From contig JBGPDK010000003.1 in assembly GCA_041482235.1 (NCBI GenBank), forward strand, positions 1 through 58,837: DNA of 58,837 nucleotides. The letters run 5' to 3'. Made by a program: the position numbers and the translations under genes. Below the pieces are notes generated by a model, which searched no databases, had not been told where the DNA came from, and worked only from the letters and a program-made list of their open reading frames with translations. Of this stretch, positions 25,783-35,306 are shown piece by piece (the stretch's first letter is position 1; each line of letters starts with the position of its first letter). Origin of the DNA: Thermoanaerobaculia bacterium. GTDB lineage: Bacteria; Acidobacteriota; Thermoanaerobaculia; UBA5066.

Positions 25783-28056
25783 ATGTTGAAAAGAACACAG
25801 TTGGCGAATGCAGGCCTCATATTCCTCGGAGTTATTCTCCTCGGGGCCTTCGGAGGCGCCCGCGCGAGCACGCTTGTTACCCAGACGGCGCTGCCGGGGG
25901 ACTGTATCCCGCAGTTCAAGGTCGAGATGCCGGTGTTCGGACCGGCGGGCGATATGCCGAGGGTCGATGCGTTCCGGCATCCCCTGCTCACCGTCAAGAT
26001 GAAAGAGGTCGGCCAGACGGTCCTGCCCGATCCCCTGAAAGTGAAGTATCCCGCCAAGGACAGTTCTGGTCACCCCTGCCCACACGTCGTTTTTCGGGAC
26101 ACCACCGTGTGGGCCTACGAGACGTCGGACTCGCTCACGAAGAAGGTTCTCGGCCCCGCGAACTGGCCCGGGGTGACGCTCGAGGCGAGAAGGTTCGTTC
26201 CGACGGTCGTGAAGTACGAGAACGAATTGCCGGCCTTCGCCGGCGGACTGGGGCTGCAGGGGCTTCTGAGCGTGGACCAGACGATCCACTGGGCCGACCC
26301 TCTGAACATCATGTGCGCCCCAATTGACTGCACGAAATCGGAGAACGCAGGCAATGCGTGCTGCAAACCGTTCGTCGGACGGCCGCCCACCGTGCCGCAC
26401 CTCCATGGCGCCGAGGTGCCGTCGGCCTTCGACGGCAGTCCGACCGCATGGTTCACCGCGGACGGCGGAAAGGGGCCGGGATACAGCACACTCGACCATC
26501 CCGGCGACGGCAAGGCGATCTATCTCTACAACAACACGCAGGAGCCCGGGACCCTGTGGTTCCACGACCACGCGCTCGGCTCGACGCGCACGAACGTCTA
26601 CAGCGGCCTGGCGTCCTTCTACTTCCTCCGTGACGCGTCGAGGGAGCCGAAGAACCTCCCGAGCGGCCCCTACGAGATCGAGATGGCTCTCCAGGACCGC
26701 CAGTTCGACACGCGCAGCCAGCTGTTCTTCCCCGACGGCAGCGGCGACGATGTGGCCACGAGCAACCTGAACGGACCGCCCACGAACCCGGACGTGCACC
26801 CCTTCTGGAACCCCGAGTTCATCGGCGACGTGGCCATCGTGAACGGCGCGCCCTGGCCGTTCCTCGAGGTGGAGCCGCGGCGTTACCTCTTCCGGCTGCT
26901 GGACGGCTCGAACGCGCGTGTGTACAACCTGAAGTTCGGCGCGGCCGCGGTTTATCAGGTCGGCGCGGACGACAACTACCTCGACACGCCGGTCAAGGTC
27001 GACACGGTGTTCATCGCGCCCGGCGAGCGCGCCTACGCGATCGTGGACTTCTCGAACCTGCGCGGTCAGAACGTCGTGGTCACGAATGATGCCCCGATCC
27101 CGTTCCCGGACGGCGCGGTGCCGGGCGTGGACCAGCCGGGCATGGTCAGGATCATGCAGTTCCGGGTCAGCTCGAGGCCGGTGTCGGACGCGAGCTGCAA
27201 CCCCGCCGCCGGGCAGTGCAAGCGCCCGACGCCGGTCCTTCGCCTCACCGATGGCAACGGGAACATCACCCCCGGCGTGAAAGTCGACAAGGTCAGGCAG
27301 CTCGTCCTCAAGGAGCACGCGGGGCCCGGAGGTCCGCTCGAGGTCCTGCTCAACAACACGAGGTGGGATGGAACAGCGGCGCCCAACGTCGAATCTGTTT
27401 TCCCGGACGGCATCAGCGAGCAACCGCGTGTCGGATCGATCGAGCTCTGGGAGATCATCAACGAGACAGGCGATGCCCACCCGATCCACACGCACCTCGT
27501 CCAGTTCGAGATCCTGAACCGGGAGTCGTTCGACTCCGACGGGACGCAGGGGTCGAGCAACCCCTCGGGATTCGGGTATATCGGTATCGAGAATGACGAT
27601 CCGTCGTTGTCGATTCCCGGCGAGTGGCCCAAGGCGTTCGGTTCACCTCTGCCGGCTCAATGCGACGGTGTCGATCCCGTGAACCCCTGCCCCGGCTACG
27701 GCCCGCCGCTGCCCTATGTCATCAACGGGCGGACGACGAATCTGCCGAACGGCCAGCACGGAGTCCCGGTCGTGGGGGGCAACCCGGAGATCCACCCCTA
27801 TCTCCTCGGCGATGCCCAGCCGCCTGCACCTGAGGAGGCCGGCCTGAAGGACACGGCGAAGTCCAACCCCGGCCAGGTGATGAGGATCCTGGCGCGGTGG
27901 GCGCCGACGAGCACCCCGCTGACCCCGAACAAGTCGCTGGCGGGCACCAACCTCTACCCCTTCGATCCCTCCAGTGGTCCCGGTTATGTCTGGCACTGCC
28001 ACATCCTCGACCACGAGGACAACGAGATGATGCGTCCGTACAAGGTCAAGAATTAG
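25783..28056 (+). CDS. Multicopper oxidase (CotA/bilirubin oxidase-like), secreted
   Basis: HLHG, WFHDH, HPIHTH, WHCHILDHEDNEMM; signal peptide starting at ATG 25783. Confidence 0.93.
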   Translation: MLKRTQLANAGLIFLGVILLGAFGGARASTLVTQTALPGDCIPQFKVEMPVFGPAGDMPRVDAFRHPLLTVKMKEVGQTVLPDPLKVKYPAKDSSGHPCPHVVFRDTTVWAYETSDSLTKKVLGPANWPGVTLEARRFVPTVVKYENELPAFAGGLGLQGLLSVDQTIHWADPLNIMCAPIDCTKSENAGNACCKPFVGRPPTVPHLHGAEVPSAFDGSPTAWFTADGGKGPGYSTLDHPGDGKAIYLYNNTQEPGTLWFHDHALGSTRTNVYSGLASFYFLRDASREPKNLPSGPYEIEMALQDRQFDTRSQLFFPDGSGDDVATSNLNGPPTNPDVHPFWNPEFIGDVAIVNGAPWPFLEVEPRRYLFRLLDGSNARVYNLKFGAAAVYQVGADDNYLDTPVKVDTVFIAPGERAYAIVDFSNLRGQNVVVTNDAPIPFPDGAVPGVDQPGMVRIMQFRVSSRPVSDASCNPAAGQCKRPTPVLRLTDGNGNITPGVKVDKVRQLVLKEHAGPGGPLEVLLNNTRWDGTAAPNVESVFPDGISEQPRVGSIELWEIINETGDAHPIHTHLVQFEILNRESFDSDGTQGSSNPSGFGYIGIENDDPSLSIPGEWPKAFGSPLPAQCDGVDPVNPCPGYGPPLPYVINGRTTNLPNGQHGVPVVGGNPEIHPYLLGDAQPPAPEEAGLKDTAKSNPGQVMRILARWAPTSTPLTPNKSLAGTNLYPFDPSSGPGYVWHCHILDHEDNEMMRPYKVKN

Positions 28057-28079
28057 TCGCGCGACACGACACAGGATGG

Positions 28080-28111
28080 AAGAGGGCCGCGAAAGCGGCC
28101 CTCTTGCTTTT
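28080..28111 (+). terminator. Intrinsic terminator-like hairpin after the multicopper oxidase
   Basis: AAGAGGGCCGC-GAAA-GCGGCCCTCTT followed by GCTTTT. Confidence 0.75.
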
Positions 28112-28222
28112 CGAGAGCTTCTCGACGAAAGACCGGCGGATCGCCGCCGCATCGAGGCCGAGCACCACGTCATCGGCGTTGATATCTTTCGCCTGGCGGC
28201 CGGGGAGCATGGCCGGGATCGG

Positions 28223-28999
28223 TCAGAACTTGTAGACGAATGCCGCGATGAGCGCCGTGTCGGTCTTCTTGAGCGTGTCCGGATTGGGCCTGTTCTTCGT
28301 GTCGACGAGATACAGGATCTTCAGCTCGGACGCCTTCGTGATCGACGCCGCGACGCCCATCTCGAAATGGTAGAACGAGTCGGACCAGTGGTTCATCTTC
28401 CAGAGGCCGGTCGCCTTCTCCGTGAACGTGGCGCTCCGTGAGATCTTCCAGGCGAAGCCCTGCCCGATGGAAAGTGCTCCGGAACCCGTCGAGGGGAAGC
28501 CGCTGTCCGACTCGAAAGCCCCGCCGAGCGAGACGTCCGCCGTGAGCTCGAGGGTCTTCTCCTTGATGAAGAAGTACCCGCCGCCCGCCATCGGCGTGAT
28601 GAGGTACAGGACGTTCTTGAAACGGTCGCGTTGGAAGCCGACCTGCGCGAAGGCGTAGGTGCGGTCTGTGACCCCGTACTCGAAACGAAGATTCGCGGCG
28701 GCCTTGTCGGTCGTGGCCGCCCCGTTGTTCGCGGAGCGCAGGTAGAAGGCGTCCGCCCTGAAGAGGCTGTGCGTCTTCGGGTCGTAGACGAGGTTGAACC
28801 CCAGGTTGAAGCTGCTCGTGTCCGTGTTGCCGGACGTGAGAGCGAGGCCGGCACTCAGCGAGCCCTGCAGCGGCGGGGGGGGCGGCTCGGGGCAGGGGCA
28901 TGGGCACGCGCACGGCGGCGGCACGGCTTCCTGTGCGAGGATGGGCGCGGCCGCGAGGAAGGCGAAGGTCGCGCAGCGGGAGAGTTTCTTGAAAGTCAT
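28223..28999 (-). CDS. DUF481/YdiY-like outer-membrane beta-barrel
   Basis: Signal peptide, TSGNTDT, alternating beta-strand pattern, C-terminal VYKF. Confidence 0.8.
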   Translation of the reverse strand: MTFKKLSRCATFAFLAAAPILAQEAVPPPCACPCPCPEPPPPPLQGSLSAGLALTSGNTDTSSFNLGFNLVYDPKTHSLFRADAFYLRSANNGAATTDKAAANLRFEYGVTDRTYAFAQVGFQRDRFKNVLYLITPMAGGGYFFIKEKTLELTADVSLGGAFESDSGFPSTGSGALSIGQGFAWKISRSATFTEKATGLWKMNHWSDSFYHFEMGVAASITKASELKILYLVDTKNRPNPDTLKKTDTALIAAFVYKF

Positions 29000-29045
29000 G
29001 GGGCCTTGAACCTCCGGAGAAGGATTCTCTTTTTTGGAATCGTGA

Positions 29046-29450
29046 CTATTTCTTGAGAAGGTCGCGAATCTCGGTGAGGAGCTGCTGATCCTTCGTGGGC
29101 GCGGGAGCCGGAGCGGGCGCTTCCTTCTTCAGGCGGTTCGCCTGCTTTACGACGAGGAAGATCACGAAGCCCACGATGAGAAAGTCGATGATCGTGTTGA
29201 TAAAGACGCCGTAACTGATGGTCGGGATCCCGGCCGCCTTCGCGGCCGCGAGCGTTTCAGCCGACTTGCCGGAGAGATTGATGAAGAGATTGGAGAAATC
29301 GACCTTTCCGAGGAGGAGACCGATGGGAGGCATGATCACGTCGTTCGTGAACGACGCGACGATCTTGCCGAAGGCGGCGCCGATGACGACGCCGACGGCC
29401 ATGTCGAGGACGTTCCCCTTGCTGATGAATTCCTTGAATTCCTTGATCAT
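29046..29450 (-). CDS. mscL: Large-conductance mechanosensitive channel
   Basis: [31 protein letters not shown]...[11 protein letters not shown]. Confidence 0.97.
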   Translation of the reverse strand: MIKEFKEFISKGNVLDMAVGVVIGAAFGKIVASFTNDVIMPPIGLLLGKVDFSNLFINLSGKSAETLAAAKAAGIPTISYGVFINTIIDFLIVGFVIFLVVKQANRLKKEAPAPAPAPTKDQQLLTEIRDLLKK

Positions 29451-29597
29451 GAGTGCTCCTGTCATGGACCCGGAACGCTTCCCGGGAACCGCTGCAAAAT
29501 ATACGAGAAACGCCCGAACGCAAGTGCGATGCCGGTCGGCGCAAAAGGTCCGGCGTGAAGAGGGCGCGAACGCAGCTCCGCGTCCGGCCGTGAACCC

Positions 29598-29984
29598 GTG
29601 AGCGAACGCCCGTATACGCTCGTCTACGATGGCGACTGCCGGTTCTGCGTCCGGTCCGTGGACCTCATCTCCTCGTGGGACCGGGGCGGAGCCGTCGAGC
29701 TGGTGCCGTTCCAGCGCGGCGGTTTCGGCGAGCGCTTTCCCTGGATTCCGGCAGACGCCTACCGTGAGGCCCTGCAGCTCATCGGTCCCGGCCAGGAGAC
29801 CTGGAGCGGCGCGGCCGCGGCCGAGCGCCTCGTGAAGATCCTTCCGGGCGGCAGACCGCTGGGATGCCTCTTCGCGCTGCCCTTCGTGCGGCCCCTCGCC
29901 GACCGTGCGTACCGGCTCGTCGCGCGCAACCGCTACCGGCTCGGCTGCGGCGCGCACTGCGCGCTGCCGGGCCGGAAAGGCTGA
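29598..29984 (+). CDS. DCC-family (DUF393) thiol-disulfide oxidoreductase
   Basis: [10 protein letters not shown] and [10 protein letters not shown]. Confidence 0.88.
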   Translation: MSERPYTLVYDGDCRFCVRSVDLISSWDRGGAVELVPFQRGGFGERFPWIPADAYREALQLIGPGQETWSGAAAAERLVKILPGGRPLGCLFALPFVRPLADRAYRLVARNRYRLGCGAHCALPGRKG

Positions 29985-29988
29985 GCGC

Positions 29989-30267
29989 TCAGGCGGGCCG
30001 GGACCCGCGCGGGCGGGAGAAGCCGAGCACGCCGGCGAGGGGCGCTCGCGCATCGCGCCGGGCGCCGAAGAACGACTTCGACTCGCGCCTCACGAGGATC
30101 GTCACGGCCGCGGCGAGGATCCAGGGCACGAGCATGAAGAGGCCGACGAGGGGCCAGATGTTCGGGTCCTTCGGCGAAGACGACGCCGTGCAGGAGGGGC
30201 AGGCCATCGCCCCCCGCGCGAGGAGCACGGCGGCGGCGAGGAGCGCGGCGCGGGCGGTCGTCTTCAT
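29989..30267 (-). CDS. Small exported CxxC protein with a membrane anchor; last gene of the oxidase operon
   Basis: [26 protein letters not shown]...[22 protein letters not shown]; starts 7 nt after the subunit IV stop. Confidence 0.65.
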   Translation of the reverse strand: MKTTARAALLAAAVLLARGAMACPSCTASSSPKDPNIWPLVGLFMLVPWILAAAVTILVRRESKSFFGARRDARAPLAGVLGFSRPRGSRPA

Positions 30268-30274
30268 GCGCGCC

Positions 30275-30625
30275 TCAGGGATGCGCCCACGGGATCGGCA
30301 CGCCCCTGAGGAGGTTGAACGCGTCGAGCAGGAGGAACACCGCATAGGAGGCCGCGAGAGGCAGGGGCAGGAACGCGAGCCACAGGAGCGAGCGCTTCTC
30401 GTACTTCAGGTGCATGTAGTAGAGACCGACGAACGAGGCCTTCGACAGCGCGAGCGCGATCATGACGGCCGAGATGATCCGCTTGTCGATCTTCGTGTAC
30501 GAGACGGCGACCTCGATGATCGTGAGGACGAGGAGCACCCAGAAGATGCGGAAGTAGTCCCGCCGGTGGTTGGCGTGCGGCGCGTGGGACTCGGCCGCGG
30601 GATGGGTCATGGCGTGCTCGGTCAT
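30275..30625 (-). CDS. Cytochrome c oxidase subunit IV (prokaryotic)
   Basis: LLVLTIIEV and KASFVGLYYMHLKYE. Confidence 0.88.
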   Translation of the reverse strand: MTEHAMTHPAAESHAPHANHRRDYFRIFWVLLVLTIIEVAVSYTKIDKRIISAVMIALALSKASFVGLYYMHLKYEKRSLLWLAFLPLPLAASYAVFLLLDAFNLLRGVPIPWAHP

Positions 30626-30635
30626 GCGGTCCTCT

Positions 30636-31250
30636 TCATGGGATGAGGTAGACGAGGGTGAAGACGAGGATCCAGATGAGGTCCACGAAGTGCCAGAAGA
30701 GCCCCGTGATCTCGACGAAGTTCGCGCCGTTCTCGAGGTACTTCCCGCGCGACACGCCGAAGGCCGTGATCAGCAGGTAGCAGACGCCCGTGAAGACGTG
30801 GCCTCCGTGGAAGCTCGTGATGACGTAGAACGTGGCGGGAAAGTTGCCCGAGGGCAGAGTGAAGCCCTCGTGGATGAGATGCCGGTACTCGTAGACCTGG
30901 CCGAAGAGGAAGAAGACGCCTCCGCCGGCGGTCGCGAGGAGCCACTTCACGGCCCCGCGGCGGTCTCCTCTCTTGGCCGCGTCGAGTCCGAGGACCATCG
31001 TCAGGGAGCTGACGATGAGGACGAACGTCATCACGGCGGTGAACGGGATGCCGAGGACGGTCGTGGGCCCGGGCCATTCCCTATTGCCGGCGCGCAGGAT
31101 GCCGTACGCGAGCAGCAGCCCGCCGAACGTCATCGCGTCCGTGACGAGGAAGATCCACATCCCGACCTTGCCTGTCGTCGCGGCTCCGAACGTGGGCTCC
31201 ACATGGGGGGCGTCACCCGGGGTGTACGTGGCCTCAGAACGAGCGCTCAT
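30636..31250 (-). CDS. Cytochrome c oxidase subunit III family (copy B)
   Basis: KVGMWIFLVTDAMTF, FYVITSFHGGHV, GLFWHFVDLIW. Confidence 0.92.
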   Translation of the reverse strand: MSARSEATYTPGDAPHVEPTFGAATTGKVGMWIFLVTDAMTFGGLLLAYGILRAGNREWPGPTTVLGIPFTAVMTFVLIVSSLTMVLGLDAAKRGDRRGAVKWLLATAGGGVFFLFGQVYEYRHLIHEGFTLPSGNFPATFYVITSFHGGHVFTGVCYLLITAFGVSRGKYLENGANFVEITGLFWHFVDLIWILVFTLVYLIP

Positions 31251-31883
31251 TCACAGTCCTTCCATGTTCACGAGGAGTCCCGTATCGCGCATCATCAGGT
31301 CGATCTCGGCCGGGGTCGGCGCTCCGAGCCGGCGCACGCGGCCGCGCGCGTCGAGGAGGATCAGACGGCCCGCGAGCGTGCCGCCTTCCGGCGCGCCAAT
31401 CGCCTTCAGCGCCGCGGCTTCAAGGGATCTGATGTCGCCGCCCGCGAGCGTCCAGCGCCACGCGCCGGCTCCGGCGCCCTTCGCGAGGGCGGCGAGGGTC
31501 GGGCCGGAGGGTGAGGACGACGTGTCGACGAAGCTCACGAGGTGAACCGCTTCGCCCGTGTTGCGCACGCGCCGCTGGAGCTTCGCGAGGGGCGAGCCGC
31601 CCTCGGCGAGCGCGGCCGCCGTCGTGAACTCGGCGATGACGAGATGCTTCAGAAGGTCGGTATCGCGCACGGGGTGACCGGCCTGGTCCACGAGGGCGAA
31701 CGCCGGAAACGAGCCGAGGACGGGCGGCGCAGGCGGCAGCGCACGGCGGACCGAGCGCACGAGCGGCAGCGCGAACGCGGCCGCCACGAAGAGCGCCCAG
31801 AACCAGCGGCTCCCGGTCGCCCGCGCGGCAACGCGCTGGGGGAAGGCTGCAAAGGCGCTACCGCTGGTGAGAGAAGGGGCCAT
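31251..31883 (-). CDS. Degenerate SCO-like thioredoxin-fold protein without cysteines
   Basis: TM anchor, PAFALVDQAG, LVSF, WRWTLAGG, LILLDARGRVR; contains no Cys. Confidence 0.65.
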   Translation of the reverse strand: MAPSLTSGSAFAAFPQRVAARATGSRWFWALFVAAAFALPLVRSVRRALPPAPPVLGSFPAFALVDQAGHPVRDTDLLKHLVIAEFTTAAALAEGGSPLAKLQRRVRNTGEAVHLVSFVDTSSSPSGPTLAALAKGAGAGAWRWTLAGGDIRSLEAAALKAIGAPEGGTLAGRLILLDARGRVRRLGAPTPAEIDLMMRDTGLLVNMEGL

Positions 31884-31929
31884 CTTGCTGTATTGCTTTC
31901 TAAGAAATTCTTCTTCTTCTCTTTCTTCT

Positions 31930-32898
31930 CTAATTGACGTTCACGGTGTCGTGTGATGCGACTGCGAGCGCAGCGACGAGCTTTTCCCGGCGCGCGTCGG
32001 CCTCCGGCGTGCCCTTGATCTCGATGAGGGAGCGCACGTAGTAGGACATGGCCCAGAGGTCGTCGTCGGGCAACGCGCCTTTCCACGTGGGCATGGCCGT
32101 GCCGCCGATGCCCGAGGCGACCGTGCGGTAGATGTCCTCGAGCGCCTCGCCGGAACGGACGTGGTCGCGCGTGAAGTCGGGCGGCATGAGCTTGTACCCG
32201 TATTCGCTGTCCTTCAGCTCGGCGTGATACGCATCCGGCCGGAGGATCGCCTCGCGTTTGGACAACTCCAGGCTCGCGGCGTTGATCGTCTCCTTCGACT
32301 CGTAGGCCGGATGGCACGAGAGGCACTGCGCGAGCCCGTGATAGACCTTCATGCCGCGCGCCGCGGCCTCGGCCTTGCGCTCGGGGCCCCACGGATCGGC
32401 GCCCGGCACGATCGGCTCGCCGGGCGTCTTGTCCGCCCACTTCGGCGAGAGCGTCTTGATGTACTGGATGATGTCCATGAGCTCCCGCTCGGGGACGTCG
32501 TTCCACGGGAGCATGGCGCTGCCGTGAAGACCCTTCTGGACGATACGCAGGAGGTCCTCGTCGTTCGGGAGCTGGCCGCTCGCGACGGCCGCGAACTTGA
32601 ATTGGCCCTGCGTGAAGTTGCGGGGCGGCGGGCGGAGGCCGATCGACGCGGGCCCCTTCCCGTCTCCGTCGATGCCGTGGCAGGCGGAGCAGTAGGTCAC
32701 GAAGAGGTGCCGGCCATTGTTCAGCCGGCGCGCCGAAACCTTCCTGCCCCCGAGGGTCATCGACTTCGTGAAGGTCTTGCCGGGTCCCGAGCAGCCGGCG
32801 CCGCCCCCCGCCAGCGCGGCCACCAGCAACGCCGCAATCGACGCCGCCGCGATCGTCTGGGGCGCCGCGCCTCCGTCGACGTTCTTTCCGACCTTCAT
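31930..32898 (-). CDS. Diheme cytochrome c, probable lipoprotein
   Basis: CSACH and CLSCH; distal Met contexts GSAMLPW and GTAMPTW; AGC lipobox-like site. Confidence 0.9.
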   Translation of the reverse strand: MKVGKNVDGGAAPQTIAAASIAALLVAALAGGGAGCSGPGKTFTKSMTLGGRKVSARRLNNGRHLFVTYCSACHGIDGDGKGPASIGLRPPPRNFTQGQFKFAAVASGQLPNDEDLLRIVQKGLHGSAMLPWNDVPERELMDIIQYIKTLSPKWADKTPGEPIVPGADPWGPERKAEAAARGMKVYHGLAQCLSCHPAYESKETINAASLELSKREAILRPDAYHAELKDSEYGYKLMPPDFTRDHVRSGEALEDIYRTVASGIGGTAMPTWKGALPDDDLWAMSYYVRSLIEIKGTPEADARREKLVAALAVASHDTVNVN

Positions 32899-32925
32899 GG
32901 AAACCTTCTCTTCTCTTTCTTCTTC

Positions 32926-33519
32926 CTAGAGCAGATAAACCGAGACGAACATGACGACCCAGACGGCGTCGACGAAGTGCCAGAACATGGCCGAGAGGCG
33001 CACCGGGCTCTGGCGGCCCGAGGCGTATCGCCCCGAGAACGCGCCCGGCAGGAGGACGGCCAGCGCCACGAGGCCCGCGAGAACATGGGCCGCATGGAAG
33101 ACGGTAAGGCCGTAGAAGATCGATCCGTACGTCCCGGTGTCGATCCGGAATCCAGAGCGCCAGAGCGGGACCCAGACGGCGAGCTGCAAACCGAGGAAGA
33201 GGCTTCCGAGCGCCATCGTTCCGAGCAGCGCGCGCCGGAGCGCCCCCGGGTTCTTCTCCGCCTCGGGGCGAATGCCGAAGTGCAGGACGACGCTCGACGC
33301 GAGAAGGACGAGCGTGTTGAAAAACGGCAAGGCCCTCGGCAGCGGTTGGAGGCCGTCCGGCGGCCAGGCGGGCGCCCGCAGCCGGAGGACGGCATACGCG
33401 AAGAAAAGCGCGCCGAAGAGCATCGTCCACGAGGCGAGGGCCATCACCATCCCGACGAACGAGGTTCGCCGGGACTCCTCCGGAACGGGGAAGCGCGTGA
33501 CGGCCACGGCCGTGCTCAT
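32926..33519 (-). CDS. Cytochrome c oxidase subunit III family (copy A)
   Basis: C-terminal part of ORF 32926..35175; NTLVLLASS, FYGLTVFHAAHV, FWHFVDAVW. TGATG overlap with subunit I. Confidence 0.9.
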   Translation of the reverse strand: MSTAVAVTRFPVPEESRRTSFVGMVMALASWTMLFGALFFAYAVLRLRAPAWPPDGLQPLPRALPFFNTLVLLASSVVLHFGIRPEAEKNPGALRRALLGTMALGSLFLGLQLAVWVPLWRSGFRIDTGTYGSIFYGLTVFHAAHVLAGLVALAVLLPGAFSGRYASGRQSPVRLSAMFWHFVDAVWVVMFVSVYLL

Positions 33520-35306
33520 CAGTGGCCGACCGCACCGAGCGCGACGGGCTCGTCGCCGATCGGCTCGTCCTGCGCGAGCCAGTCCTTGCCGGCCACGGCC
33601 GGGTTGTTGAACTCGTGCGGCCCGTGGAGAACGATGGGAATCTCGTCGTAGTTGTGGTGCGGCGGCGGCGAGGGAATCGTCCACTCGAGCGTGCCGACCT
33701 CCCACGGATTCTCCGTCGCCTTCTTTCCGGAAATGAGGCTCGAGAGGAAGTTGCCGACGAAGAGGAACTGGGAGGCGCCCAGGAGGAGCGCCGCGCGCGT
33801 GATCCATACGTTGATCGGGTGTAGGTGCTTGAGGAAGTCGTACGCGTCGGCGTTGTAGAGCCGGCGCTGCATGCCGCCGTAGCCGACGACGAGCATCCCG
33901 CAGAAGACGATCGTGATCGGGATGATCGTGAGCCAGAAGTGCCACTTGCCGAGCCTGTCGTTCATCATTTTCCCGAACATCTTCGGGAACCAGAAATAGA
34001 TCGCCGCGAAGGCGCCGAGCAGCACCGAGGCCGCCATCGTGAGGTGGAAGTGCCCGATGACGAAGTACGAGTCGTGGAGGTAGATGTCCGAAGAGATCGC
34101 GCCGAGGTGGAGGCCCGTGAGGCCGCCGAGGCCGAACACGAACACGACGCCGACGGAGAAGAGCATGGGGGTCGCGAAGCGGATCGAGCCCCGCCACATC
34201 GTCCCGAGCCAGTTCAGGAAGAACACGGCCGAGGGAATCGAGATGAGCATCGTGAGCGTCATGAAGCCCTGCGAGAGGAGCGGGCTCATGCCGACGACGA
34301 ACATGTGGTGCCCGTAGACCGCCATCGAGAGGAGCGTGATGACGCTCATCGAGAGAGCCGTCGCCTTGTAGCCGAAGGCGGGCTTGCGCGAGAAGAACGA
34401 CAGGAGGTCGGACACGATGCCCCACGCGGGCAGGATGAGGATGTAGACCTCCGGGTGGCCGAAGATCCAAAACAGGTGCTGGTAGAGCACCGGATCGCCG
34501 CCGCCTTTCGTGATCGAGGCGCCGGCGAGGAAGAAATGGCTGCCGAAGACGCGGTCGAGGAAGAGCAGGAGGACGCCCGCCGCGAGGACCGGCACGAACA
34601 GAGCGTTCAGGATGGCCGTGAGCCAGATCCCCCACACCGAGAGCGGCATCTGGAAGTAGCCCATGCCGGGGGCCCTGAGACGCACGACCGTCGTGATGTA
34701 GTTGACGGCGCCCATGATCGAGCCGCTTCCGGTGAGGAAGATGCCCAGGATCCAGAGCGTCTGGCCGTGGCCGGGGGAGCCCACGAGCGTCGAGAGCGTC
34801 GGGTACGACTGCCAGCCTCCCGCCGCGGCGCCCATCGGGACGAAGAACGAGACGATCATGCAGAGGCCCGCGAGCACGTTCGTCCAGAACGACATCAGGT
34901 TGAGCGTGGGGAACGCCATGTCCCGCGCGCCGATCATCAGGGGGATCAGCAGATTTCCGAATGCGCCGATGAGGATCGGCGTGATCGCGAAGAAGATCAT
35001 GAGTGTCCCGTGCATCGTGAAGAACGAGGCGTAGGACTGCGGGGGCATCACGCCCCCGTTCTGGGGCCACAGGAGCTGGCCGAGGACTGGGAACGGCGTG
35101 CCGGGATACGCGATCTGCCAGCGGATCATCATCGCCATGGCGCCGCCCACCACGAGGAAGAAGAGGCCGTACCACAGGAACTGCTTCGCGATGACCTTGT
35201 GGTCCTTCGAGAAGATGTACCTCTCGAGGAACGAGGTCGGCTCCGGGTGAACGTGCTGCTCGGCGTGGAATTCGGGCCCGACGTGAAGGTGCCGGACGGC
35301 GCTCAC
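33519..35306 (-). CDS. ctaD: Heme-copper oxidase subunit I, A family (GHPEVY type)
   Basis: DHKVI, TMHG, GHPEVY, GHHMF, HDSYFVIGHFH, GMQRR. GTG 35306 overlaps the subunit II stop. Confidence 0.95.
   Translation of the reverse strand: MSAVRHLHVGPEFHAEQHVHPEPTSFLERYIFSKDHKVIAKQFLWYGLFFLVVGGAMAMMIRWQIAYPGTPFPVLGQLLWPQNGGVMPPQSYASFFTMHGTLMIFFAITPILIGAFGNLLIPLMIGARDMAFPTLNLMSFWTNVLAGLCMIVSFFVPMGAAAGGWQSYPTLSTLVGSPGHGQTLWILGIFLTGSGSIMGAVNYITTVVRLRAPGMGYFQMPLSVWGIWLTAILNALFVPVLAAGVLLLFLDRVFGSHFFLAGASITKGGGDPVLYQHLFWIFGHPEVYILILPAWGIVSDLLSFFSRKPAFGYKATALSMSVITLLSMAVYGHHMFVVGMSPLLSQGFMTLTMLISIPSAVFFLNWLGTMWRGSIRFATPMLFSVGVVFVFGLGGLTGLHLGAISSDIYLHDSYFVIGHFHLTMAASVLLGAFAAIYFWFPKMFGKMMNDRLGKWHFWLTIIPITIVFCGMLVVGYGGMQRRLYNADAYDFLKHLHPINVWITRAALLLGASQFLFVGNFLSSLISGKKATENPWEVGTLEWTIPSPPPHHNYDEIPIVLHGPHEFNNPAVAGKDWLAQDEPIGDEPVALGAVGH

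Noticed and set aside
28106-28210. Minus-strand fragment MLPGRQAKDINADDVVLGLDAAAIRRSFVEKLS, faintly like a nucleoside-hydrolase C-terminus
   Set aside because: Too short to support a pseudogene call without a search.
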